64,000 nt of DNA from Candidatus Parvarchaeota archaeon (lineage in GTDB: Archaea; Nanobdellota; Nanobdellia; Parvarchaeales; Parvarchaeaceae): assembly GCA_023378805.1 (NCBI GenBank), contig JAMCSQ010000019.1:11738-75737 (forward strand). The letters run 5' to 3'. A program made the translations under genes and the position numbers. Every line of letters begins with the position of its first letter. Position 1 is the stretch's first letter. Below the pieces are notes generated by a model. The model made no database searches. It was not told the DNA's origin and saw nothing but the letters and a program-made list of their open reading frames with translations. Positions 1 to 9,618 of the stretch are shown one piece after another.

Positions 1-279
1 ATAATCTTCGAAAGAGGAATACTGGATGGAGGAACAATTCTAATGCGATCTCTTTTCGCTGTCCCTAGGGTTTTACAGTCCTTTTCTGTAATTTATAACA
101 GCTTAAAGATAATATCAATCATTTCTGCAGTTATAATGATATACCTTATAGTAAGGACAATGAAGAAGGATAAAATAAGGATTTTATCCTACGGATCTAT
201 AATGCTTCTTATAATGTTCCTTACAGCAATCTATGCTATATTCAGCTTGAATAAGCATGATAACTGGCTGACACGTTAA
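1..279 (+). CDS. Membrane protein, 3' part (runs off the left edge)
   Basis: Frame 1 is open from base 1 (IIFERGILDGGTILMRSLF...) to TAA at 279; two hydrophobic segments. Confidence 0.6.
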   Translation: MIFERGILDGGTILMRSLFAVPRVLQSFSVIYNSLKIISIISAVIMIYLIVRTMKKDKIRILSYGSIMLLIMFLTAIYAIFSLNKHDNWLTR

Positions 280-342
280 CAAATATTCATACAATGCTTG
301 AAAATAGTAAATTTTAAGAGTAATACCCAATCAAATATAAAT

Positions 343-849
343 ATGAAAGGACTGTGCATGAATTTTAGCGTATGGCCTCCTAAAACGCTGGAGGACATAT
401 TAATAAAAAATTCAGAGGAAGAGATAGACAAAGATATAATACCGCTAGTGAAGGCTATAAACTTATTTGGTGTTCCTACTTATTCTTCATGTGCTGGTCA
501 CGTTAATGGCACTGGTCTGCCTTACCCTTGGATTGGAGTTCTAAAAAAGCAATATAACTTAAGGGATTATTCGCATTCGATAAAAAACTTATACACTAAA
601 CAAAAAGAATACCTCCAATTCTATTTAAAGGAATCATTAGAAAGATTTTACGTTGTTTTAGATAGATTCAATGAAACAAATAATGAAAATATGTGGGTAT
701 TAGAAGAGCTGACTTACTCGCATTTAAGACCGCGGAGACCTTGCAAAGATGAAATTGAACTTGATACTGAAAGAAAAAAATCAGTAATATTAGCGAACCT
801 CTTATTTAATGAATTTAGGGGAAAATATTGCTTTTATGCAGAACATTAA
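343..849 (+). CDS. Hypothetical protein with TYW3/Taw3-like N-terminal motif
   Basis: IDKDIIPLVKAINLFGVPTYSSCAGH resembles the TYW3 D-x2-I-x2-L...N...TxSSCxG motif; ATG start at 343 or 358 is more likely than TTG at 298. Confidence 0.55.
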   Translation: MKGLCMNFSVWPPKTLEDILIKNSEEEIDKDIIPLVKAINLFGVPTYSSCAGHVNGTGLPYPWIGVLKKQYNLRDYSHSIKNLYTKQKEYLQFYLKESLERFYVVLDRFNETNNENMWVLEELTYSHLRPRRPCKDEIELDTERKKSVILANLLFNEFRGKYCFYAEH

Positions 850-907
850 AGGTATTTGTATTAAAAATCATTTAAATATATAAGCGAGGAAGAGTTATTG
901 AATTTAA

Positions 908-1546
908 ATGGGAATAATAATAATCATAAGACATGGCTTCAGCGAATCAAATAAAAAAGGTTATTTGACTCATGATATAGATGGATACCCGTTAACAGTA
1001 GAAGGGGAAAAGTATCTTATCAAATCCGCAGAAGAACTTAAAAAATTGGATAATATCAAAGAGATTATATCCAGCCCAATATTAAGAGCCTCACAGACTG
1101 CCGAGATAATTTCAAAAATTACTGGCCTGAAAGTAAAAAAGGATGCAAGGTTAACTGAGAGAAATATGGGTAATTATAACAACAAAAAAATACCTAGTGA
1201 CAATAGAGGAGATCAAACGGATTATAACTGGCATGTAAAGGAGATTTTAAATGGCTATCCTAATGGCTTAGAAAGGTGGCAAGAACTTGAAGCTAGAGTT
1301 ACTGAGTTACTAAATGAGATACCTGAAGATGAGAATATAGTAATAGTTTCCCATGGGGATATAATAAAAGCAATAATAGCGCATTTTCTCGACCTTGATG
1401 AATTTGGAGTATGGGGGATAAGAGCCAATCACGGCCACTTTACAGTTATAGACAGAAAAAGTAAGAAAGTACTTGCAATAGGGGCTCCGATAATATCAGA
1501 TACAATATTAAATAAAATAAAAAATGCAATAGCAGACACTAAATAA
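908..1546 (+). CDS. Histidine phosphatase / cofactor-dependent phosphoglycerate mutase family
   Basis: RHG motif, SSPILRASQTA, LTERNMG, VSHGD. Confidence 0.9.
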   Translation: MGIIIIIRHGFSESNKKGYLTHDIDGYPLTVEGEKYLIKSAEELKKLDNIKEIISSPILRASQTAEIISKITGLKVKKDARLTERNMGNYNNKKIPSDNRGDQTDYNWHVKEILNGYPNGLERWQELEARVTELLNEIPEDENIVIVSHGDIIKAIIAHFLDLDEFGVWGIRANHGHFTVIDRKSKKVLAIGAPIISDTILNKIKNAIADTK

Positions 1547-1548
1547 GA

Positions 1549-2085
1549 ATGAAAACTTCTAAAGAGGAGATAAAAAAATTATTTGAAGAGCGTAATTTTA
1601 TCGAGCTTAACGAAAAAACAAGGAAATTGCTTTCTGGGTCCCATGGAAAAATTCTTTCTGGAAAGCAGTTTGTTGAACTTATTTCGAAACAGAAAAACTA
1701 TATTATAACTGTCGGAGATATGGTTACATTGACAGCAATATCTGCAGGAATAATACCTAACATGGCAATATTCGATTTTAAAACCGAAAGAAGGAAAATT
1801 GACGGAACAGATATAATAAAAGCTTACAAAAAAATCGAAAAAGTGAAAAACCCACCGGGAAAGATAACAAAGGAACTGTTTTCCGTAATAATTAAAAACC
1901 TTGGTAAAAAAAGGATAGGCATAAAAGTAAACGGAGAAGAGGATTTGGCAGCCAGTATATGCATAGCTTTATCTGATTACAATACTATCATTGCGTGGGG
2001 AATCCCTGGAAAAGGTATAAACGCAGTCAAAATAAATAAAAAAAGAATAATGCATGCATTATCTATAATAAAGAAAATGAATTAA
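1549..2085 (+). CDS. GTP-dependent dephospho-CoA kinase (DUF359 family)
   Basis: VGDMVT, DFKTER, NPPG, GEEDL motifs. Confidence 0.85.
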   Translation: MKTSKEEIKKLFEERNFIELNEKTRKLLSGSHGKILSGKQFVELISKQKNYIITVGDMVTLTAISAGIIPNMAIFDFKTERRKIDGTDIIKAYKKIEKVKNPPGKITKELFSVIIKNLGKKRIGIKVNGEEDLAASICIALSDYNTIIAWGIPGKGINAVKINKKRIMHALSIIKKMN

Positions 2086-2282
2086 TAACGGCGCTTAAGA
2101 TACTTAAAATAATTATAGACAGAATAACCGGCAGCTGCACAAACTATTATTGCAAAAGCGAAAAATAAAACATCTGTTTGGTAGTTTATCTTATTTATAT
2201 ACGCAGAAATACCTGTAGCCGAAAATACAGGATACTTGCTTGTATTTTCTATTTTATCGAATAAATTTTCCAACTTTTCCAT
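2082..2282 (-). CDS. Small membrane protein
   Basis: 66 aa with one clear TM helix; start overlaps the end of the upstream kinase gene. Confidence 0.5.
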   Translation of the reverse strand: MEKLENLFDKIENTSKYPVFSATGISAYINKINYQTDVLFFAFAIIVCAAAGYSVYNYFKYLKRRY

Positions 2283-2805
2283 ACATGAGATTTATTACTG
2301 AGTTTATTGCTTCGTTGTCAAGATCAATAAAAATATTTTTGTATTCAAAATCTTTGGGTATATAAAGGGAATCTATGAGTTTTATTTTTCCTTCTTTTGT
2401 AAGCATAATGTTGTTTCCGCTTACTAAATCGCCATGTACATAGCCATTTCTGTGCAGTATTTCTACTGTATCCTCAAGTTGCTGCTTTATACTGTAAAAA
2501 AGTTTGGTATTTCCTTTTATTTTGTAAAGAGAATTCATAAGCATGTCTCCGTCTATCTTTTCTAGAACATAGGTTTTTTGGCCATTAAGCTCTTCCAGTG
2601 CAAGCGGTTTGACAATGTTATTTTGAGCTAGGTTGTACTCTTTTCTCATCATCTTAAATCTTTCCTTTGGGCTGTATTTTTCTTTAAGATAGTTACCTGC
2701 TTTTTTGCCCAAGCCCAAATTTTCGATTACAAAAAGCTCTGTATACAAACCTTTTTCAGGTTTTACAAACGTGTCTGAAATAGTTTCATCAAGCTTTTTA
2801 TACAT
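2254..2805 (-). CDS. Minimal atypical protein kinase-like protein (Bud32/RIO-like fold)
   Basis: LEKIDG hinge, HGDLxxxNNIM catalytic loop, KLID metal-binding Asp. Confidence 0.75.
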   Translation of the reverse strand: MYKKLDETISDTFVKPEKGLYTELFVIENLGLGKKAGNYLKEKYSPKERFKMMRKEYNLAQNNIVKPLALEELNGQKTYVLEKIDGDMLMNSLYKIKGNTKLFYSIKQQLEDTVEILHRNGYVHGDLVSGNNIMLTKEGKIKLIDSLYIPKDFEYKNIFIDLDNEAINSVINLMYGKVGKFIR

Positions 2806-2970
2806 AGACTATTATAGGTCCAACAAGTATAAATATTTTACTATTAGATTATAATAAAAAGCATAATAATATTAATGTGTAAGCAAAACCTATTGTTATT
2901 TTAAGCCCGCTTCTTATCGAAAATCTATAATTACAGGGCATGGTTTAAAATACAAATCAGTTAAAATAAT

Positions 2971-3714
2971 CTATTCCTCTCTCCATATAGAACGTTTTAC
3001 GGCAAATACTATCAAAGCGATAGAAACCATAATAAGAACTATCCATGAAGTTAATATAAAAGAAGCTGAGAATTTAACAAAGCCTATGCTGCTCTGTGCT
3101 ATTATTGCAGAAAATGTAGTCGGAGATATATAAGCAAGGTATCTAAACGGGAATGGTATGTATGTAATTGGGTAATAAACCGGCGGCAAAGTGGATAAAA
3201 GCATCGAAATAAGTCCCATAAAGGCCCAACCTTCTATAACATCCCTACTTATTGTTGAAATAAAAAACCCCAAAGATATAGAAAACATAAAGGTAAGAAG
3301 CATAACCGCTGCAACAGTTAAAGTGGATATTACTGAGATATGAATAAATATAACAGCAAGAACTGAAAGAACTATCAAATCAGGAACAGAAAAAACAAGC
3401 TCAGATAATGCTATGCCTGCAACATAAATTGCCGGAGAAACGGGAGAGCTGACAAGCATATCCTGCAGTTTCATATCATTTCTTAAATGTGTTAAGTCCC
3501 CTTGAATAGATATACCGTTGTTTACCATTACCAAAATGAACCCTCCTAATATACCAACATTAAGCAGTGTTCCGTGACTTACGAAAAAGATGATTATAAG
3601 TAAACCAAAAGGAGCAAGTATTGTATTTACAAGCATAACTGGAAAGTTCTTCATAGCATAGAAGGCATTGGCCATCACTGAAGCAGAAAGCTGACTAAAC
3701 TTACTAATTTTCAT
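2971..3714 (-). CDS. ABC-2 type exporter permease
   Basis: About 6 TM helices, PVYYPITYIP...SPTT ABC-2 motif; coupled to the upstream ATPase. Confidence 0.85.
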   Translation of the reverse strand: MKISKFSQLSASVMANAFYAMKNFPVMLVNTILAPFGLLIIIFFVSHGTLLNVGILGGFILVMVNNGISIQGDLTHLRNDMKLQDMLVSSPVSPAIYVAGIALSELVFSVPDLIVLSVLAVIFIHISVISTLTVAAVMLLTFMFSISLGFFISTISRDVIEGWAFMGLISMLLSTLPPVYYPITYIPFPFRYLAYISPTTFSAIIAQSSIGFVKFSASFILTSWIVLIMVSIALIVFAVKRSIWREE

Positions 3715-4630
3715 GTTCTTCGCCTTTATTTATATCTCCCACCAACATGTAAAATATATCTTCCAACGAGGTTGGATTTATGGAAAACTTTACCTTTCTA
3801 TTTATCAACTTTTTAGCAAGATTATTTGCTGTTATTTCATCAGAGAAAATCTGAAAAGTGCCGTCATTTTTCTTTACAACTTTTCCAGTTAACCTGATAT
3901 TTTTCTTGAAGCCTTTAAATATTTTTATTGCATATGGATAACCTATGGCATCTCTTATATCATTTATAGTGCCCGATTTTACAAGCTTTCCTTTGTTTAA
4001 TATGATTATATAATCAGACAACTCTTCTGCTTCCTCAAGATAATGTGTTGTCAATATTATAAGATGTTCTTTTTTTAAGTCATTAAGAACACTCCAAAGC
4101 TCTTTTCTTGATATGGGGTCCAAACCTGTCGTAGGTTCGTCTAAAAAGATTATTTTTGCATTAGATGAAATCACTAAAGCTACCAAAACTTTTCGTTTCG
4201 TACCGCCTGATAATTTTCTTGGCAACTTATCGGCATATTTTTCCAATTTAAACCTGAATATAATTGTATTTGTCCGTTTTTTTGCCTCTTTAAAACTGAA
4301 ACCTCTCCATAGCAAATAAGCGTAGATGTTTTCTCTTGCTGTCATCCAAGGTATAAGCTCAGCTTCTTGGGGTATTACTGCTATCCTCTCTCTTATTTCT
4401 TTTGGATTTTTCACAACATCAACTCCGTCTAAGTAAACTTTTCCTGCAGTAGGAAGCAGCTCAGTAGAAACTATCCTTATAAAAGTAGTTTTGCCCGCTC
4501 CATTCCTACCTATTAATGTGAATATCCCGTTTATATCTAAATTTAAAGACACATTTTTTAAGGCCGATGAACGTTTACCTCTCTTATCTTTATAGATCTT
4601 GCTTAGATTTCTTATGATTAACTTTACCAT
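3704..4630 (-). CDS. ABC exporter ATP-binding subunit (DrrA/CcmA-like)
   Basis: GRNGAGKT, LSGGTKRK, FLDEPTTGLD, TTHYLEE, SLEDIF. Confidence 0.93.
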   Translation of the reverse strand: MVKLIIRNLSKIYKDKRGKRSSALKNVSLNLDINGIFTLIGRNGAGKTTFIRIVSTELLPTAGKVYLDGVDVVKNPKEIRERIAVIPQEAELIPWMTARENIYAYLLWRGFSFKEAKKRTNTIIFRFKLEKYADKLPRKLSGGTKRKVLVALVISSNAKIIFLDEPTTGLDPISRKELWSVLNDLKKEHLIILTTHYLEEAEELSDYIIILNKGKLVKSGTINDIRDAIGYPYAIKIFKGFKKNIRLTGKVVKKNDGTFQIFSDEITANNLAKKLINRKVKFSINPTSLEDIFYMLVGDINKGEEHEN

Positions 4631-4716
4631 ACTATTAGAGGGTTTTAGGTATTAAATTATCTTCTAAATAAATATAATTTTATTATATATTAATTTTACA
4701 AAAACCTGATAGAATA

Positions 4717-5451
4717 ATGGAGATAAAAGCCATTAACATTACAAAGAGCTTTAAAAACAACCTTGCATTAAATTCAATAAGCTTTGACATAAAAGGCAAG
4801 GGAATAATAGGTTATCTTGGTCCTAACGGTGCAGGGAAAACAACGACATTAAAGATACTGTCAAACTTAGTAAGAGCTGACTATGGAGAAGCATTTATCA
4901 ACGGAATAAACATAAAAAACTATAAAATAGCATTGAAATACGTCTCTGCGTTGATCGACGAACCAGAACCATATGATGAAATGACAATATATGAGTTCCT
5001 TGAATTTATTGGAAAGCTCAGAGAAATGGATAAAGTGTTAATTGAAAAAAGGATAAAAAAGCTTGTAAATGAATTAAATCTGGAAGATATAAACAAAAAA
5101 TGCGGCCAGCTTTCGAAAGGGAACAGACAGAGAGTAGTACTAGCAGCGGTACTTTTACCCGATACGGATATTTTGCTGCTTGACGAACCAACTAGTGGAT
5201 TAGATCCGGCTGAAGCATATGACATAAAAAAGTTGCTTAAAAAGCTAAAAAAAACAAAACTAATAATATTAAGTTCCCATCTGCTAAATGAGATAAAGGA
5301 ATTATGCGATTACGTTATACTCCTGGACAAAGGGAAGGTAATTGCGCAAGGATCTGTAAAAAGCATAATAAAAAAATTCGGCAGTGGTAAAGGAGAGAAA
5401 GGCCTTGAAATGGCGTATATAAATCTAGTGCGCGGTAAACATGAAAAATAG
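4717..5451 (+). CDS. ABC exporter ATP-binding subunit
   Basis: GPNGAGKT, LSKGNRQR, LLDEPTSGLD, SSH. Confidence 0.93.
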   Translation: MEIKAINITKSFKNNLALNSISFDIKGKGIIGYLGPNGAGKTTTLKILSNLVRADYGEAFINGINIKNYKIALKYVSALIDEPEPYDEMTIYEFLEFIGKLREMDKVLIEKRIKKLVNELNLEDINKKCGQLSKGNRQRVVLAAVLLPDTDILLLDEPTSGLDPAEAYDIKKLLKKLKKTKLIILSSHLLNEIKELCDYVILLDKGKVIAQGSVKSIIKKFGSGKGEKGLEMAYINLVRGKHEK

Positions 5452-6202
5452 GGCTTTTTATACGTTTTTTAACGCGGAATTAAAGCTTGCTAAAAGCCAG
5501 ATTATAGCGTTTTCGGCGCTTTCATTTATAATAGTAGTATTGACGGGTTTGCTTTCGATAAAGGCGCTATTTAACAGCACTGATTTCTTTGAAAGTATCG
5601 GTTTAGTAATATGGCTTATGATAGGAATTGCCGCAACTAATGTAGCGGCCGGCATAGGTGTAATGGACTTCAACAAAAGAACTGGTTTGCTTGTTCTATC
5701 GCAGCCGGTAGACAGAAAATTAATCTTTTTATCGAGGCTTTTTGCCGCTTTTTTGATCGTTTTACTGCCGATCACAGTGCTTTACATATCAGGATTTGGA
5801 ATAGGTTTATTACTATATAAAGTAAGCATCCCTAACATCTTTTTATCATATGGATTAGCTGTTCTATATGCTTTCTCATTCACAGCAATGATTGCAGGAA
5901 TAAGTGCAATGTCCAGAGAGAAAAGCACGCCTCTAAGCTTCGGCTTGACATTTGCTTTTCTTGCAGTTTTTGTTTTTGCAATATTCAGTAAGTTCATTGG
6001 AGTGCAGCCATGGTTCTTTTTGCCTTACGGAGGACTGGCAATAAGCAGCGTGATGGCAACTCCCTATTTAATGCATATTAACCCTGGAAACTACTTTTTC
6101 TACTATATACCTTATTTAAATGAAGCCCTGTTAATAATACTGCTTTATCTGATAATATTCGCAGTACTTGGTATATTCTACTATTCCAGAAGAGAATTAT
6201 GA
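5441..6202 (+). CDS. ABC-2 type permease
   Basis: 6 TM helices, LSQPVDR motif, overlaps the ATPase stop. Confidence 0.8.
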   Translation: MKNRAFYTFFNAELKLAKSQIIAFSALSFIIVVLTGLLSIKALFNSTDFFESIGLVIWLMIGIAATNVAAGIGVMDFNKRTGLLVLSQPVDRKLIFLSRLFAAFLIVLLPITVLYISGFGIGLLLYKVSIPNIFLSYGLAVLYAFSFTAMIAGISAMSREKSTPLSFGLTFAFLAVFVFAIFSKFIGVQPWFFLPYGGLAISSVMATPYLMHINPGNYFFYYIPYLNEALLIILLYLIIFAVLGIFYYSRREL

Positions 6203-6345
6203 AATTATTTGAACAGTCTTATAAAACGGCTCATACTCCTTACTCTGTTTTCTCCGGCCGCTTTAATAACCCTGTTTCTTACGGCAATATCGAATGAATC
6301 GAGTTTTATATCAGCGAGCTGCTAACCTTATTTTTTATATGTACT

Positions 6346-6564
6346 TTACTTGTATTTTATTTTCATTATCTTAAATAAGCCTTTCCAGCGGTATAAAACA
6401 AGCCATCCAACTCCCAAATATACTATCCCTATCAGGCTTGCTCCGTTAGGACCAAAGTACTTTGTTAAAAAAACTAATATAAGGACAAAGCCAACTAAAA
6501 AGTAAAGTATGACGACAGAAAAGAATATTTTTTTCTTTCTACTGCTTAATTCTTCGATTATCAT
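6346..6564 (-). CDS. Small two-TM membrane protein
   Basis: 72 aa, two hydrophobic helices. Confidence 0.55.
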   Translation of the reverse strand: MIIEELSSRKKKIFFSVVILYFLVGFVLILVFLTKYFGPNGASLIGIVYLGVGWLVLYRWKGLFKIMKIKYK

Positions 6565-6644
6565 TGATAATTAATGATCCATTAAGTTATATTATTTTAA
6601 TCATATGGAAAGCTATTTATATTATAACTAATCACTATTTTAGA

Positions 6645-7742
6645 ATGAATAATTATATAAAGAATTTGAAAAAATACGCCAAGAAGGATTTCTTTGAAGG
6701 GGAATGGAATAACTTTAAAGGGCCATTCAATAAAGCATTATCTTACAAGAATAGTGAAGAGGGGATGTTGTATTGGCTGAAAAAAGTTGCAAAATACCAT
6801 ACAGATGAGAATACTGGCTCACTTTACTGGATAATGAAAGCAGATATAAAAGGAATAACCCCTGAAAAGATAGATAACGCTACAAGTTTAAATGAATTGG
6901 TTTCGCTTTTAGGAAATTCTGATTCTGAATTTCTAAAAAAGGACAATGGTTACAAGGATTATTACATGCCTAGGAATTTCAAGCTTAATGACATGTTCAA
7001 AAGTTCCTCATCGGGCACTACTGGGCCGGCAAAGACTGTTTACCACACCCCTCAATCTTTATCTATTTCTGCAGTAAATGAATACACAGGGATAAAGGCA
7101 CAGTATCCTGTAAAAGAACTAAAAAATAAGAAATTATTGGCTGCTGGACCGGTTGGCGCTTATCAAGAAGAGCACAAGAAACTTGCAGAGCTTCTTGGGA
7201 TGGAATATATAGGAAATGAATTCGAAACAAAGGGATTAAAACTTTTAGGCCCGCAGGAGATGATGAATAAAATGAGGCCTGTGATGGAAAAGGAAACCTA
7301 TATATTAAACCAGGGTAATATTGGGATAGCAACGGCTGCAATGGAAATGATTTCTATGATGCCAAAAGAATTATTTTACGGCACAGATCTAATAAAAGTA
7401 TCGGGCACACAGATAAATACTGATATGTTGACAAAAACGGAGAAGGAACTCGGTAAAAAACTTATACCTATGTATGGTCACTATGCTGGAAAATCTTCAA
7501 TAGGTTTTACAAGTAGCGACATAGTGTATTTCCCGTCATTTCCAGTTACATACATTTACATGAATTATCAAGGAAAAACTCCTGCATATGGGAAAAAAGC
7601 GCCTACCAAGATGATAGTCGCTGAACCTGAGCTGTTACTAATAAACGATGAAGACTACGCAATAAAAACAAGCGTAAAAAAAGCAACAAAGGCATTTGAA
7701 GAGATAGACGGGATTTCAAATCTTTCAAGATCTTTAAATTAA
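6645..7742 (+). CDS. ANL-superfamily adenylate-forming enzyme, EhpF/EsmD2-like
   Basis: SSSSGTTGPAK P-loop; YHTDENTGSLYW resembles the EhpF-family HFxPxTGSPFW motif; MYG motif; lacks the ANL C-terminal subdomain. ATG at 6645 preferred over TTG at 6564. Confidence 0.7.
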   Translation: MNNYIKNLKKYAKKDFFEGEWNNFKGPFNKALSYKNSEEGMLYWLKKVAKYHTDENTGSLYWIMKADIKGITPEKIDNATSLNELVSLLGNSDSEFLKKDNGYKDYYMPRNFKLNDMFKSSSSGTTGPAKTVYHTPQSLSISAVNEYTGIKAQYPVKELKNKKLLAAGPVGAYQEEHKKLAELLGMEYIGNEFETKGLKLLGPQEMMNKMRPVMEKETYILNQGNIGIATAAMEMISMMPKELFYGTDLIKVSGTQINTDMLTKTEKELGKKLIPMYGHYAGKSSIGFTSSDIVYFPSFPVTYIYMNYQGKTPAYGKKAPTKMIVAEPELLLINDEDYAIKTSVKKATKAFEEIDGISNLSRSLN

Positions 7743-9094
7743 TAGTGCTCTATTCCCCTTCTATCTATAATTTTAGGGCTTTTAATTTTCGTTGGATCGT
7801 AAAAAGGAATTCTGTCTTTAGCAACTAACTCCGCATCCAATAAAGCTAGTTTTTGGTCTATAACATACTTTAGTTCCATTTCCTCTTTGGATAGTTTATC
7901 TAAGATTAGATTAATTACTTCCTCTTTACTGCCTTTAAATTGATTCTTATAGAAGTAGAAAGTCATCTTATCTAAACCATTTTCTCCAGTTATTTCAGCG
8001 TAACCCTCTCCCAAATTTAATTTTCTTGATGTAAAGGCAAGGACATCATCTATTATTATATCATCCAATTTTGATACGCTGAAGTTGACAAGCTTATTTG
8101 TCCTGCCGAGAAATTCAAGATACATATAATCCTTGTCTATGTCTATAAACCTGACTTTCTCCTTTGTATCATAATTTATTAAAGGCACATGATCCTGTCC
8201 CTTTAATCCCTTGCTTGTCAAAAGCAATTCACCTTCGAGTCCCTTCAGTTTATTACCAGAGGGATAATAAACCTTTCCATCGGAGTAAATACCAAATTCA
8301 TTGTTATACCTAGAAAGTTTAAATACAGAAATATCCGGAATGCCTTCGCTCTTCAACAGTTCCTCCGAATAAAATTTGCCGCCACAAACCCGCTCAGTAG
8401 ATGCAAGTACGTCTATTACGCCCCTTACTGGTATCAAAGAATAAAGAAGCTTGCATCTTTCAAGGGTTAGAGGCTCTCCGCCTACTGATAGGTATATTTC
8501 ATTTTTACGCGCTATGTGATTTAATTCTTCTCTTGATTTTTCATCTAAGTTATATATTTCTCTAAACAAAATTGATAGCAAACCGGATATAAGGATCTTT
8601 TTATTAATGTTTGGATGCGAATCTATTATGTAATTTGACTTTTTCAAAAGATCTAAAAGCGTTTGGCCCGGCCCGGGATTTAATTCTATTGATTTCCCAA
8701 TCTCGGATATATATGACATAGTTATTCCGCTTATAGCAGGCCTGGGTGGAGCAATATTTATAGTTATATAAGGAATTTCTCCAAGTAACTCCTTATACAC
8801 ATTTACAAAAGTACGTCCAAAAATTTCCATATCACCATAAGTTACAGGTATAACTTTAGGTTTTCCAGTCGAACCTGAAGTTTGGAGTAAAGACGCATTA
8901 GTACGTATGTCAGGTATAAATTTATAGAAGTTATCAATGAACAGGTCACCTGAAATTACAGGGATATCCCTAATTACACCTTCTAAATTCTTTGAAGTCA
9001 AATTTTTCAGGGGTTTATATGAATCCGACTTATAAAAATCTATATTATTTAATGCGTATTGAAAAACAGACTTAACATTGGGCTTTGCTGTCAT
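7739..9094 (-). CDS. PaaK / coenzyme F390 synthetase-like adenylate-forming enzyme (COG1541-like)
   Basis: QTSGSTGKPK, GGEPL, ASTE, PLINYDTKE, FLGR, C-terminal KSPKIIDRR. Confidence 0.8.
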   Translation of the reverse strand: MTAKPNVKSVFQYALNNIDFYKSDSYKPLKNLTSKNLEGVIRDIPVISGDLFIDNFYKFIPDIRTNASLLQTSGSTGKPKVIPVTYGDMEIFGRTFVNVYKELLGEIPYITINIAPPRPAISGITMSYISEIGKSIELNPGPGQTLLDLLKKSNYIIDSHPNINKKILISGLLSILFREIYNLDEKSREELNHIARKNEIYLSVGGEPLTLERCKLLYSLIPVRGVIDVLASTERVCGGKFYSEELLKSEGIPDISVFKLSRYNNEFGIYSDGKVYYPSGNKLKGLEGELLLTSKGLKGQDHVPLINYDTKEKVRFIDIDKDYMYLEFLGRTNKLVNFSVSKLDDIIIDDVLAFTSRKLNLGEGYAEITGENGLDKMTFYFYKNQFKGSKEEVINLILDKLSKEEMELKYVIDQKLALLDAELVAKDRIPFYDPTKIKSPKIIDRRGIEHY

Positions 9095-9096
9095 AA

Positions 9097-9618
9097 TTAA
9101 ACTTCAGATATAAATTTACATTCTGCGTCTCCCTTTGCTTTGCAGTATATCTCCTTTGTTGAATATTTTTTATCCATTAAACTAGTAAACATCGCGCTTA
9201 AACTGCCAGCTGAGAAAAAGCATACTGGTTTTTCTGATTTACCGAATATCTCCAGATATGCTTCTGCCATTGGAGAAGGATTAATTGTGGTTATAATTTT
9301 ATCTTTATCAAAACTAAAAACGAATTTTCCAAGGCCGGATGTGGCAACAACGTTTGATATTAATTCAAGTGTTTTGTTAATATCATTATTAAATCTATTT
9401 TTATAATCGCTTATTATACCGCCTATGCTAATTGAACCAGCATTGTATGCTTCATTTTCATCGTATTTTATGAGTTTACCAATTAAAGACACCAATATGC
9501 TCATGTTTATAAGTACACCTGGTCTATTCATTAATAGCAGCCTATTATTCTCAAACCTTACATTTTTAGTCAAAAGCATCTCATTTAAGAAATTATTGGG
9601 GGTAATATCACTTGACAT
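9097..9618 (-). CDS. V4R (4-vinyl reductase) ligand-binding domain protein
   Basis: SGLG, PVCFFSAG, EIYCKAKGDAECKF (Cys/Glu/Cys/Cys Zn site). Confidence 0.88.
   Translation of the reverse strand: MSSDITPNNFLNEMLLTKNVRFENNRLLLMNRPGVLINMSILVSLIGKLIKYDENEAYNAGSISIGGIISDYKNRFNNDINKTLELISNVVATSGLGKFVFSFDKDKIITTINPSPMAEAYLEIFGKSEKPVCFFSAGSLSAMFTSLMDKKYSTKEIYCKAKGDAECKFISEV

Noticed and set aside
1549-2085. Functional link between dephospho-CoA kinase and the CoA-ligase-like genes
   Set aside because: 4.5 kb apart in a separate transcription unit; a housekeeping gene, so proximity is not evidence
6564-6644. TTG-started N-terminal extension of the EhpF-like ORF
   Set aside because: It spans the divergent promoter region; ATG 6645 lies about 25 nt after a TTTATAT box
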